Part shown: positions 10,496-19,519 of the stretch, piece after piece
Layout: each line of letters opens with the position of its first letter
How positions within the stretch are numbered: the stretch's first letter is position 1
Virus genome (UHGV): UHGV-1460059
DNA: 41,456 nt
Strand: one strand, 5' to 3'
From: a virus
Position numbers and translations under genes: made by a program
Notes under the pieces: model-generated
What the model saw: only the letters and a program-made list of their open reading frames with translations
What the model was told of the DNA's origin: nothing
The model's database searches: none

Positions 10496-10998
10496 CTGTG
10501 TCGTCGCTCCGGCTTCAGTGATTTACGCAATTCCCGCGCCAGAAAATAGCGTGTCCAGCTGCGGTTCTTTTCAAGCGTTTCCACCATAAAGTTATTACGT
10601 GGAGCCAGCCGCCAGCCGCTGCCACCGGATGCACCACGATGATGACTACGACGACGTTTTGCTCCTCCCCGGACACCAAAAAACAGAAACGCCGGATAGA
10701 AGTCACCAGAGATCATCCGGTTCCCCTTCCCGTTGCGCTGGTTAGGGGCAATGCGTGTCATAAAACCGGCTCGCTTTTTACTGGCTCTCGGCACCATGTA
10801 ACCAATCGAACGAGCCAGGCGTCCGGTCTGATAACCGGGGTTTTCACCCTGTGCCGACCGCGCACGGCGCATCACCAGCCGACGGGCATCACGCATATGA
10901 CGCTGCCCAATCGTGACAAACGCCCGCCGGACACGGGCGCGGTTAAAGCGCATCTCGGCGGGCTGCTGAACATCAACGTGAAAAAAGGGAGTCGCCAT
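10492..10998 (-). CDS. Head-tail joining protein, HK97 gp10-like
   Basis: 168-aa basic protein in the head-tail joining block, coupled to its neighbours by overlapping stops and starts. Confidence 0.45.
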   Translation of the reverse strand: MATPFFHVDVQQPAEMRFNRARVRRAFVTIGQRHMRDARRLVMRRARSAQGENPGYQTGRLARSIGYMVPRASKKRAGFMTRIAPNQRNGKGNRMISGDFYPAFLFFGVRGGAKRRRSHHRGASGGSGWRLAPRNNFMVETLEKNRSWTRYFLARELRKSLKPERRHR

Positions 10999-11383
10999 TG
11001 CTGCCTCCGTGACTCTGCGTAAATTCGCCCAGTTCCGTACACTCCAGCAGCAGAAAGCGCCGCGCCCCGTTCAGATCGCGCTGACGTTTCACCCGGTACA
11101 CACTGTCATCACAGACCACCTCATAATCAGCAGTGATCCCGCGGCGGTAGCGAATGGTGATGTAATGGGTGATGGCGTCCCCGGTCTGCGCGGTTTCCTG
11201 CCAGGTGGTGGCACTGGTCTGGATAACCTTCGCCCATGCCCGGAACGCAACCGGGTATTGAGGCTCCACGCCAAAGTTATCCGCGGGCATATCCACCCGC
11301 TGGCGGATCAGGACGCGTTTATTCAGTTCGCCGGGGTCCGGCAGTATGTAGGTTGCGCTGGTCTGCGCCTGACGAATTTTCAT
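10973..11383 (-). CDS. Head closure / head-tail adaptor protein
   Basis: 136-aa ORF following the connector gene with an ATGA-type overlap. Confidence 0.45.
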   Translation of the reverse strand: MKIRQAQTSATYILPDPGELNKRVLIRQRVDMPADNFGVEPQYPVAFRAWAKVIQTSATTWQETAQTGDAITHYITIRYRRGITADYEVVCDDSVYRVKRQRDLNGARRFLLLECTELGEFTQSHGGSNGDSLFSR

Positions 11384-11703
11384 AGTGGTATAAGGCGATA
11401 AGGAGCAACCAACCAGTTAAAACTCATTGGCAACTCCATTTTCTCAACGTCTGTAACCGTTGAGCGGTTTTCGTAGAAATGGCTGACAAGTAGCAGAAGT
11501 GCCAGCTTCACATCATCAGATATCACAAGCCCATCAGGATCATCCGCAGGCCTGTCATCTGCGGTTGCATACAACTTACGGTTAAGGAAGTTTTCCGTAC
11601 GACTCTGAGCGGCCTTACCAAGCAGTTCAAGCAACTCATCTTCATCAGAGAAATCATCATCCAGACGGAGCTGAAGCTTAATCTCTTCCATTTTTAACAG
11701 CAT
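11380..11703 (-). CDS. Head-tail connector (gp6-like)
   Basis: ORF 11380..11748 trimmed to the ATG at 11703, which has GGAGG 4 nt upstream. Acidic product (MLLKMEEIKLQLRLDDDFSDEDELLELL...). Confidence 0.5.
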   Translation of the reverse strand: MLLKMEEIKLQLRLDDDFSDEDELLELLGKAAQSRTENFLNRKLYATADDRPADDPDGLVISDDVKLALLLLVSHFYENRSTVTDVEKMELPMSFNWLVAPYRLIPL

Positions 11704-11712
11704 AAAACCTCC

Positions 11713-11736
11713 TGTGCCCGCCAGAACGCGGGCACA
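11713..11736 (-). other. Perfect 9-bp stem-loop between the major capsid gene and the connector RBS
   Basis: tgtgcccgc-cagaac-gcgggcaca. On the minus-strand mRNA the U-run precedes the stem, so it is not a canonical intrinsic terminator; more likely an mRNA stability or processing hairpin. Confidence 0.35.
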
Positions 11737-11781
11737 AAAAAACCGCATTACGCGGCGTGCTGTATTACGTAAAAAGACTAA

Positions 11782-13011
11782 TCAACCACCAACGCTACCT
11801 TTCCCCACCAGCGCTTTAATGGCAGAGGTGTCTTCCAGGATACAGTCAAAACGATGGAAGGCCAGAAAACCGGTCTGATCATATTCCGCGTAACGCTCAA
11901 CCAGACGTTTAAGAATCATGTATCGCACACGACGGATAATGAAGCGATCAAAGTCACCACAGAACATGAATTTTTTACCCGCCCCGATATCATCAATTTC
12001 CTGATCAATGACATACGGTACATTCAACACTGAAGCAGGTGCCACACCAACAATATCCGGCAACCATAAAGGGCGTCCCTGACCGTCTTCCATCTCACTG
12101 ATCAGTTTCAGCGTATTATCGTTAAACGCCAGGCGGAATTTCGGTCCGCGACGATATGCAGGATCAATGCTGTGTTTCAGAGCCAGAATTTCCTGCCACT
12201 TCACCGTATTTGCCGCGGCAGTCTGTGTTGTGCCGGTCACAGATGCGACCAGCCCTTTGGGTTGTTTAGGCGTACCAGCACCAGTTCCCTGAATCAGATA
12301 ACGGGCTTCACCACGACCAATACGTTCAGCAATGCGACGGGCAAGATAAGCTTCCATATCGATCGCACTGTCCTGCAGCAACTCATTAGACACACGAATT
12401 ATTTTCGATGTCATTTTGAGCGCCCCAAGGCTTCCCATACCGAAATCGGTGTCTTCTTCACCGGCTTCTTCATTTTCGCCCAGCAGAACACCAACTTCGG
12501 AAGTACCATCAGCTGTTGCCCACTCCATAGTGCGACCGTCAGAAGTGGTAAGAATCTGCGCCACACTGGCGATGCCACCGTAGGATTTCATCTTCTCAAC
12601 AACTTTCGCCAGGAATGTTTCTGGTACGGTATATCCGCCCTTTTCATCCTGAGCTACGCCCTGGGCACGAAGTTCACGCAACGCCTTTCGTTCTTCTGAT
12701 GTCAGCTCACTGGCACCGTGACGCATCCACTTATCAAAAACCTGAGCTCGTTTCTCATCCTGTTGTGGATTGTTTTCCGGATCAAGATTCTGACGCTGCT
12801 CTTCCTCATTGCTTTCAATGTACGCCTGATCCTGACGACGCAGTTCTTCTTCGCGTGCAATTCGTTCATCAAGCGCTTCCAGTTCGGATTTTGCTTTGTT
12901 CCACTCAGTGCGCTGCTCTTCCGTCCATGCGTTATCACCAATTTTTTCATTCAGGGCGCGCATGTCAGTTGCGATAGTATTACGTTTCTGTTTCAGTTCA
13001 TGCAGTTTCAT
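11782..13011 (-). CDS. Major capsid protein, HK97 family (with N-terminal coiled-coil delta domain)
   Basis: 409-aa ORF with a charged coiled-coil N-terminal ~100 aa (…LDERIAREEELRRQDQAYIESNEEEQRQ…) followed by a capsid-like domain, located after the protease gene. Confidence 0.85.
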   Translation of the reverse strand: MKLHELKQKRNTIATDMRALNEKIGDNAWTEEQRTEWNKAKSELEALDERIAREEELRRQDQAYIESNEEEQRQNLDPENNPQQDEKRAQVFDKWMRHGASELTSEERKALRELRAQGVAQDEKGGYTVPETFLAKVVEKMKSYGGIASVAQILTTSDGRTMEWATADGTSEVGVLLGENEEAGEEDTDFGMGSLGALKMTSKIIRVSNELLQDSAIDMEAYLARRIAERIGRGEARYLIQGTGAGTPKQPKGLVASVTGTTQTAAANTVKWQEILALKHSIDPAYRRGPKFRLAFNDNTLKLISEMEDGQGRPLWLPDIVGVAPASVLNVPYVIDQEIDDIGAGKKFMFCGDFDRFIIRRVRYMILKRLVERYAEYDQTGFLAFHRFDCILEDTSAIKALVGKGSVGG

Positions 13012-13021
13012 GATGTTTCCT

Positions 13022-13624
13022 TTACGCGTTAAGAAGGGTCAGGACGCGTTCACGCGCCATACGTTGATTAATGGCTTTCTGTAGCGCGCCGCTGTTGCGC
13101 GCCTCCTGCCATGCTTTCATGGAGCGAACAGCCGAGTCAGCCTCCTGATAGGCAGGATATGTCACAGGACTGACATCCAGCAGACGGGAAAAGCGGGTTA
13201 TCTCGCGAATAACAACCCCGTCCTCATCCTGATACCACTCCTCGCCGTCACGGGCGACACGGAAAGCAAAAGATGACTGGTTAATATCTCCACGTTGCAT
13301 CGGGGCCAGCACCAGATCACGAATGGTCTGTGTCTCCGGAGCCTGGATGTCATAGCGCAATCCGCGCTCATCAACTGAAAGATTCAGCGTGCCTGCTGCA
13401 CTACGCCCAAGAATAAAATTAGGATCGTGGTTAAACAGTGCGCGTACATCATCACCAAGCACATCGTCAAAAGCGCCGGGCCGGATGATTTCGCGGAATG
13501 AACCAAATATCAGCTCAGAACGACAGTCAAACACCGATCCATAACCGATAATGTGCGCAGGGTTATCGTCATGCCGCTCAGCACGCACCTCACCGCTGTA
13601 ACAACGGATTTCACGGTCATTCAT
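13022..13624 (-). CDS. Prohead protease, HK97 family
   Basis: ORF 13022..13681 trimmed to the ATG at 13624 (MNDREIRCYSG…), which has GAGGG upstream and overlaps the portal stop. Confidence 0.75.
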   Translation of the reverse strand: MNDREIRCYSGEVRAERHDDNPAHIIGYGSVFDCRSELIFGSFREIIRPGAFDDVLGDDVRALFNHDPNFILGRSAAGTLNLSVDERGLRYDIQAPETQTIRDLVLAPMQRGDINQSSFAFRVARDGEEWYQDEDGVVIREITRFSRLLDVSPVTYPAYQEADSAVRSMKAWQEARNSGALQKAINQRMARERVLTLLNA

Positions 13625-14843
13625 TGGTTTTTCCCTCATCATTTTTTGGGGGCTTAAAATCTCCTGCCGGGTTAGCAGCATTCACGCTTACCAGCATCTC
13701 ATCCAGCCCTTCAACCGGATTCATATCCTCGAATGCGCGGGCTTCATTACGGCTCATCCATCCATCGGTAATAGCGAAGTGATAGAATTGCGCGCGCTCC
13801 TGCGGAGTTCCGCGTAAAAGCCCCGTCAGATTGAACCTAACGTAATACCCGGCGGCTAACTCAGCGCGGGTAAACAAGCGACGGTTAAGCTCCTGCTCCC
13901 AGTTCGTTACCCACGGCATCATCGTGTAGCGGACAAACTGAATCGCCTGCGCAGAAATATTGGAGAAGGTGGCTTTTTCGAGGTCATTAATCATGTGCGC
14001 AGGAATATTGAAAATACCGGCAATCATTGAACGGTTCAGTTTCATCATGTCAATGATCTGAGCGTCAACTGGCGACACAGTCAGTGCCTTGTAATCCAGA
14101 TCGGCTGGCAGCAGCATGGTTTTGTTTTCCTGGCTGCGTAACGCCTGCGATGCCTTCTGCCACTGATCTTTAAGCCAGCCCCAGCTGTCCTTATTGAGTC
14201 CGCTTTTAACGGATACTATCCCCGCCGGACGGGCATTACCGCTGAAGAAGCTTTCTGTGTATTTCTGACCGCTCATCCCCATGCCTATTGTTTCGGCATG
14301 TTGCATAATCGGACTCAGCCCCATCTTCTGATTATTACCCAGCGCACGGATGTGGATCATATCGTCGGGGCTGATCGCAAACGCCCCATATTCGTTGTAC
14401 AAACCGTAGGTGTATCGGCCACCAGTATTCATCAGCGTCGTTTCCCACGGCATACAGCAATCCAGGGATATGACTTCACCGCGACGATTACGTTTCACCC
14501 AGGTATACCCATTCCCCCAGCCAAGGATGTGACGTTGCTTCAGTTCGCGCCATTTGTAACTGGTTTGCCAGGTATTGGGCTCATCATGAACCAGATAAAA
14601 CGCCGGATGATCGCGTGCGGGCTCAACCTTCCCATTGTGCCTGCGCATAACATGCAACGGCATCTGGGCAAGGCTGGAAGACAGGACATAGATACAGGAA
14701 TACACCGCAGCCAGTTTCATCGCAGTTTCAGGACTGACATAAACGTCTGTCCGGAACAGCCCATCAGTATCAACGGCATCCCCGGTTATCGGGGTGGAAG
14801 GATTCTCCAGTGATTTACTTCTGAACAGAGCATCAAGCAGCAC
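13617..14843 (-). CDS. Portal protein, HK97 family
   Basis: 408-aa ORF between the terminase and the protease genes. Confidence 0.85.
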   Translation of the reverse strand: MLLDALFRSKSLENPSTPITGDAVDTDGLFRTDVYVSPETAMKLAAVYSCIYVLSSSLAQMPLHVMRRHNGKVEPARDHPAFYLVHDEPNTWQTSYKWRELKQRHILGWGNGYTWVKRNRRGEVISLDCCMPWETTLMNTGGRYTYGLYNEYGAFAISPDDMIHIRALGNNQKMGLSPIMQHAETIGMGMSGQKYTESFFSGNARPAGIVSVKSGLNKDSWGWLKDQWQKASQALRSQENKTMLLPADLDYKALTVSPVDAQIIDMMKLNRSMIAGIFNIPAHMINDLEKATFSNISAQAIQFVRYTMMPWVTNWEQELNRRLFTRAELAAGYYVRFNLTGLLRGTPQERAQFYHFAITDGWMSRNEARAFEDMNPVEGLDEMLVSVNAANPAGDFKPPKNDEGKTNE

Positions 14844-14994
14844 GCGTCCCCCTTCTGGCCATAGCCAGTGCGCCCACCAGCAGTAAACCGCCGGACAGCA
14901 TCAGAGCCGGAGCCATACCAAACTGCAGGTAAAACCCGCACGTAAGCAGGCCAAAACCAGCCAGCCCGATAACATCAGCAATTAGTGATTTCAT
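14833..14994 (-). CDS. Small hydrophobic protein (53 aa) between terminase and portal
   Basis: Own translation: [57 protein letters not shown] overlap with the terminase stop and 3' overlap with the portal start. Below the ORF-track cut-off. Confidence 0.3.
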   Translation of the reverse strand: MKSLIADVIGLAGFGLLTCGFYLQFGMAPALMLSGGLLLVGALAMARRGTRAA

Positions 14995-16724
14995 AGAATT
15001 AAGAGAGCATCGTCCGGATCAAGAGATGAGAGGAAATCGTCGGGTTCTTTGAGCATTGCCCGACCGATCGCCATAATCAGCGCAACCGCACCATCGATTT
15101 TGTTTTCCGCCTGCTCCTTGACAGGCTTCACCACATCATCGTTACCCGGAATGGTTTTGCCGACCACGTTGCCGATACACCAGGTCATGATGGGATTGCC
15201 GTCATGATGAAAGCGCCCCGATTCAATCGCCGCTTCCAGCTCTTTCATCGGATCGGACATGTTGGTGTAGTTCTGAATGATGGTGATGGGGTTCAGGTCT
15301 TCATCAGCAAGGTCATGCGACAGCCCGGTCGCCCCGAAGGGGTCGATGGGTGACTCACTGACCGGGCTGATTTTGTTCGCCGCTTTGGCCTCCTCGAGGA
15401 TGTACCGATAATCCACCTCCGCACCAGCGGTAACAGTCAGAACGCCCATTTCCACCCATTTCTGAAAGCGTTCGGCTGTCCGGCGATCTTCATTTTTCTC
15501 GACGCTGTACACCGTGTCATACGGTACCCAGAAACGCGGGGCCACACTGTAGTAATGCGTTTTACCGTCAATCTCGCGGGTATAAAGTCGCGCCATGCTG
15601 TTCATATCCAGCTTACGCGCCAGGTCAAAGGCCAGAATGCACGGCTGCCCCTCGAACTGCTCAAGGGTCAGTGATTTATCCTCGCAGCTCTGCCAGCTCA
15701 CCAGGTTGAAATACGCCGAACGCGCCGACACCCAGATATTGAGGTGTTTTGTTTTAAAGACGTTTGCCAGACGGGCGTTATTTTTCGCACGCTGCTGCTG
15801 ACTTAACAAAAATTCGCGATAAACCGACACGCCAATATTTGGATTGGCTTTTTCCAGCACCTGCGGGTCGGTCCAGTCGTCACCTTCATCAACGGTATAG
15901 ATGATCCCGAACAGTTCATCGTTGGGTACCGAACCGTTGAGCATCTCGATAACTTCCCGCCGCTTGTCGTAGCACGGCCCCTCAATGTTGTACCCGGCGG
16001 TGGTGATGGCCCACATCAGTGGCTGACGTCGCGCCCCCATCCCGGTAAGCATCGTGGTATAAAGCGCATCGGTGGCGTGCTCGTGATATTCATCCACCAC
16101 CGCACAGTGGGGTGATGAACCATCACCAGGGTTACCGATCAGCGGTTCAAACCGCGCACCATCCTCCGGACGGTTCATGTTTGAGGCGTTAACCTCAATC
16201 CCGAACGCTTCCGTCAGCATGGGTGTGCGTTTACACATCAGTCGTGCCGGACGAAAGACTTCCCATGCCTGTTTCTCCGTCGTGGCACCGGAATACACTT
16301 CCGCGCCGAACTCGTTATCACAGGCAAAACAATACAGGGCGACACCGGCAGAGATTGCCGATTTGCCGTTCTTACGGGGGATTTCGGTATACACCTCCCG
16401 GAAGCGGCGCAGCCGGGAGCCTTTATTGACCCAGCCAAACGCGCAGCAGATCACAAAGAGCTGCCACGGCTCCAGCGTGATGGGCATCCGTTTGAATGCC
16501 CACTCACCCTTGGTGTGCGGCAACAGCTGAATAAATTTCGCGGCCCGTTCAGCCAGGTCCTTGTCGAAGCGGTAACGAAACGACTTACTTTTTTCCGCCA
16601 TCAGGTCATCAAGATGGCGCTGGCAGGCCTGAATCACAAACTGGCAGGCCACAATCTTTCCGCGCACGACATCACGGGCATACTGATTTGCAGCATTTAC
16701 GTTGGGGTAAGATTTCCGGCTCAT
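14991..16724 (-). CDS. Terminase large subunit
   Basis: 577-aa ORF downstream of the small terminase with an overlapping junction; size and position typical. Confidence 0.85.
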   Translation of the reverse strand: MSRKSYPNVNAANQYARDVVRGKIVACQFVIQACQRHLDDLMAEKSKSFRYRFDKDLAERAAKFIQLLPHTKGEWAFKRMPITLEPWQLFVICCAFGWVNKGSRLRRFREVYTEIPRKNGKSAISAGVALYCFACDNEFGAEVYSGATTEKQAWEVFRPARLMCKRTPMLTEAFGIEVNASNMNRPEDGARFEPLIGNPGDGSSPHCAVVDEYHEHATDALYTTMLTGMGARRQPLMWAITTAGYNIEGPCYDKRREVIEMLNGSVPNDELFGIIYTVDEGDDWTDPQVLEKANPNIGVSVYREFLLSQQQRAKNNARLANVFKTKHLNIWVSARSAYFNLVSWQSCEDKSLTLEQFEGQPCILAFDLARKLDMNSMARLYTREIDGKTHYYSVAPRFWVPYDTVYSVEKNEDRRTAERFQKWVEMGVLTVTAGAEVDYRYILEEAKAANKISPVSESPIDPFGATGLSHDLADEDLNPITIIQNYTNMSDPMKELEAAIESGRFHHDGNPIMTWCIGNVVGKTIPGNDDVVKPVKEQAENKIDGAVALIMAIGRAMLKEPDDFLSSLDPDDALLIL

Positions 16725-17224
16725 GATTCGATAATTTTCAGAAACGGGTTAGTGGCTTTCTTCTGCCCCGCCAGGCCAATCAGACGCTGGCGGCTGCTGG
16801 GGTCGAGTCCGAGCATTGCCCCCGTACTGCTCATCTCGGACTCCTGTTCTTTTTTGGCGGTCAGCTCCGGATTTTTGACCATGCCGCCCATTGCACCGGT
16901 GATGGTGTTGCCCTGTCTGGCAATATTTTTCACGGCACGTCGCCAGAACTCATAGGCCACGCACCACCGCTCAAGCACCGCGAGGTCAGTCACGCACAGC
17001 AGGCCCTGACCGCAGAGTTCTTTGGTTGTCAGTTGCCACATGATCGTGGCGAGAGGGAGATCTTCTTCAGCGAACCACTCCGGTGGCTCAACACCTTTGA
17101 TGGGCGTAAAAACAGGTTCATCTTTGTTCAGGGCTCGCTTGCCGGGGTTTCCGGCCAGCGCCTTGCGCGCCGTTGGCTTGGGGCGACGCCCGGAACGCCC
17201 CGCCGTTCCAGCCATATGCGGCAC
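16721..17224 (-). CDS. Terminase small subunit (P27-family-like)
   Basis: 167-aa ORF with a basic N-terminus ([30 protein letters not shown]…) immediately upstream of the large terminase. Confidence 0.7.
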   Translation of the reverse strand: MPHMAGTAGRSGRRPKPTARKALAGNPGKRALNKDEPVFTPIKGVEPPEWFAEEDLPLATIMWQLTTKELCGQGLLCVTDLAVLERWCVAYEFWRRAVKNIARQGNTITGAMGGMVKNPELTAKKEQESEMSSTGAMLGLDPSSRQRLIGLAGQKKATNPFLKIIES

Positions 17225-17340
17225 TCCTGGTTAAATTTCATTTTTCGCGGGTATAAAAAAACGATGGGGCGGGCAGTCCGGAAGACGTCAGGTCACAGGG
17301 ATTTGACCCGCCCCTCCCCTCTGGCTGTGGGAACTGGTTC

Positions 17341-17691
17341 TTACTTCAACCGTTCACGGGCCGTCTTCGCCTTATGACATGGCCAGCACAGGCTCTGCAG
17401 ATTACTGTCAGCGTCAGTGCCGCCATGCGCCTTAGGGATAATGTGGTCAACGGTTTTCGCCTCACGCACCACACCGGCACGCAGACATAACTGACACAGG
17501 CCTTTGTCACGCTTCAGCACACGTTCACGGATGGTATCCCACTTCGAACCGTAACCGCGCTGATGACGTGACAGGCCTGGTTTGTATTGCTTCCAGCCTT
17601 CGCTTTTGTGGCTTTCGCAATAGCCTGACGGGTCAGTAGTGGTATTGCGGCAACCGCGAACGCGGCAGGCTTTTGGTGTACGTGGTGGCAT
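17341..17691 (-). CDS. HNH endonuclease (packaging-associated)
   Basis: HNH motifs CRVRGC…CESH…VDHIIP…H…N…CWPCH. Start placed at the ATG at 17691 (AAGGAA upstream) rather than the ORF-track start at 17778. Confidence 0.75.
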   Translation of the reverse strand: MPPRTPKACRVRGCRNTTTDPSGYCESHKSEGWKQYKPGLSRHQRGYGSKWDTIRERVLKRDKGLCQLCLRAGVVREAKTVDHIIPKAHGGTDADSNLQSLCWPCHKAKTARERLK

Positions 17692-17764
17692 TAATTGTTT
17701 CCTTAAGCCATTACGATGCGTCTGAAAATGAGTTAATCTGAAAATTCCTTCACTATGCGAGAGC

Positions 17765-18070
17765 ATGACAATGGTCATAGGACAAGAAGATCAGAAATGC
17801 TGCCCGGCTTGCAATTCAGATGCGACCTGGCAGAACCGTGATACCGCTTGGTTAATTAGATGCCCGATGTGTGAAACATTTCTCATCAGGAATTCCACCA
17901 TTGAAATTTTGCGAAGTGACGTTGTGTATCGGACATTAGCTGGTGACCTTCTCAAACAAGAAGGTGGGTGTGACTACATGCTTACAAGAGGAAGGCTTGC
18001 GAACTTCGCGAAAACCCAGCTCCCAAAATCAAAGTTTCAGGAATACTTCCCTGGTGACAACTACGAATAA
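17765..18070 (+). CDS. Hypothetical Cys-rich small protein (101 aa), opposite strand to the surrounding late genes
   Basis: Two CxxC pairs (CCPACNSD…CPMCETF). Fills the only minus-strand coding gap between the HNH and Rz1 genes; a 13-bp hairpin follows its stop. Confidence 0.35.
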   Translation: MTMVIGQEDQKCCPACNSDATWQNRDTAWLIRCPMCETFLIRNSTIEILRSDVVYRTLAGDLLKQEGGCDYMLTRGRLANFAKTQLPKSKFQEYFPGDNYE

Positions 18071-18110
18071 GCCATTACAAAGCCCACCCGCAGATGAGCT
18101 TTGTAATGGC
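18071..18110. terminator. Hairpin between convergent genes (candidate bidirectional terminator)
   Basis: Perfect 13-bp inverted repeat gccattacaaagc / gctttgtaatggc with a 14-nt loop, between the plus-strand ORF stop (18070) and the Rz1 stop (18110). Flanking U-tracts are weak. Confidence 0.4.
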
Positions 18111-18367
18111 TACTGTGAGTTGCGTGACGTTTCTATCTTCCTGATACTGGCCTTGTCGATGTTGCACTGGCCCAGCGCCGAAAGCAGGCTCACATTCAGA
18201 TCCAGACTGGCCCCATAGGTCAGCGGGTCGGGAATGACTGGCTGGGGCGTTTCAGTGGTCAGGCTTGTTGGCAGCGGTACCGCCGGAACCGGCACGTAAA
18301 CTGTTCGCGTACTTCCGCAACCGGTCAGCAGCGGCAGCAGGCACATGACGTGAAGCACAATCATCAT
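18110..18367 (-). CDS. Rz1-like o-spanin lipoprotein
   Basis: Lipobox LLTGC after a hydrophobic signal (MMIVLHVMCLLPLLTGC) and a Pro-rich mature part, in an alternative frame overlapping the Rz 3' end. Start chosen at the internal Met. Confidence 0.55.
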   Translation of the reverse strand: MMIVLHVMCLLPLLTGCGSTRTVYVPVPAVPLPTSLTTETPQPVIPDPLTYGASLDLNVSLLSALGQCNIDKASIRKIETSRNSQ

Positions 18368-18644
18368 CCGCAACAGCCACTTTGATATCTTCCTGGGTTC
18401 TCTGTGACTCCAGTGCGATCTGCTGTTTTGCATGCTGGTTAGCCTCTATAACTGTATTGATGATTTGCAGTGATTGCAGAACGTTACGGGTAATGGCAGT
18501 TGCTGATTCAGCATTTCGTACAGCCTCATCAGCACGCTCCTTTTCGTGCTGATATTTGCTGTAGTAATGTCCAGCAGACCAGATGAAGGAACCAATGACG
18601 CTAACAACGAAGGCAACAATAACCAGCTTATATCTCAGCTTCAT
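18252..18644 (-). CDS. Rz-like i-spanin
   Basis: N-terminal TM helix (KLVIVAFVVSVIGSFIW) followed by a coiled-coil region; immediately downstream of the endolysin gene. Confidence 0.6.
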   Translation of the reverse strand: MKLRYKLVIVAFVVSVIGSFIWSAGHYYSKYQHEKERADEAVRNAESATAITRNVLQSLQIINTVIEANQHAKQQIALESQRTQEDIKVAVADDDCASRHVPAAAADRLRKYANSLRAGSGGTAANKPDH

Positions 18645-19104
18645 TTACTACCCCACCAGCTTTTTTAAATCGGGCAATCAGGTCACCGATTTTATGTTCA
18701 TACTGACCGTAACCTGCACCAGGTAACGACGCCCAGATATTGCTGCAACGGTCGATTGCCTGACGAATACTGCCGCGGTCAATCATCGGTAAAGCACCAC
18801 GCTCTTTAATCTGCTGCAGAGCTACAGCGTCCTGGCTTTCTGGAGAAAAATCTTTCAGGCCAAGCTGTTTACGGTAAGCATCCCACCAGCGTGAAAGAAG
18901 CTGGTAACGTCCGGCAGCTGTTGATTTGAGTTTGGGGTTTAGCGTGACAAGTTTGCGAGGGTGATCGGAGTAATCAGTGAACAGTTCGCCACCAACAATA
19001 ACATCATAACCGTGGTTACGTGTCGGTTGTCGCCCGTTATCCGTTCCTTCTGACCATGCCACCATATCCAGGAAAGCTTTACGCTGGGAATTTAGTGCCT
19101 GCAT
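18628..19104 (-). CDS. R: Endolysin, lambda R-type lytic transglycosylase
   Basis: 158-aa product (…QRKAFLDMVAWSEGTDNGRQPTRNHGYDVIVGGELFTDYSDHPRKLVTLNPKLKSTAAGRYQLLSRWWDAYRKQLGLKDF…) is near-identical over most of its length to the phage lambda R protein as I recall it. Confidence 0.9.
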   Translation of the reverse strand: MQALNSQRKAFLDMVAWSEGTDNGRQPTRNHGYDVIVGGELFTDYSDHPRKLVTLNPKLKSTAAGRYQLLSRWWDAYRKQLGLKDFSPESQDAVALQQIKERGALPMIDRGSIRQAIDRCSNIWASLPGAGYGQYEHKIGDLIARFKKAGGVVNEAEI

Positions 19105-19107
19105 AAA

Positions 19108-19443
19108 TTACTCCTTCGAGCTACCAAATTTGTTACCGATTACTCGCATTGCAGCCCCACGAATAGCATCGACACCGATCAGCCCCACGCCACCACCAAT
19201 GGCAACAGAAAGCGATTTAGGCCATCCGACATATTCAAGAGCGGATGCAAAGGTCAGCGTCAGAGCGCCACATAGCAAAATCTCGAGCGTTTTTCGCTTC
19301 CAGCCACCACCACCGCCAAAATAGGCGATGCGCAAACCAGCCATAACGATCGACATAATCACTGCACCCAGCGGTGTGTCTCCACGCCACCAGCTCTGAA
19401 ACAACTCCAGCCAGTCCGGCCAGGTATTTGGGTTATGAGGCAT
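19108..19443 (-). CDS. Putative holin
   Basis: 111-aa protein with 2-3 hydrophobic Gly-rich segments and a charged C-terminus, immediately upstream of the endolysin. ORF trimmed to the ATG at 19443, which has GAGGTGAGAG upstream. Confidence 0.5.
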   Translation of the reverse strand: MPHNPNTWPDWLELFQSWWRGDTPLGAVIMSIVMAGLRIAYFGGGGGWKRKTLEILLCGALTLTFASALEYVGWPKSLSVAIGGGVGLIGVDAIRGAAMRVIGNKFGSSKE

Positions 19444-19519
19444 TTCGTCATCTCTCACCTCGCGATATTTGCGGGTGCTGTGTTGGAAATAAAAAGGCCA
19501 CGCAACGTGGCCACCAGAA

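Noticed and set aside
11713-11743. Intrinsic terminator call for the hairpin after the major capsid gene
   Set aside because: On the coding (minus) strand the U-run precedes the stem, and on the plus strand the stem is followed by A's, so it does not fit the terminator model in either direction.
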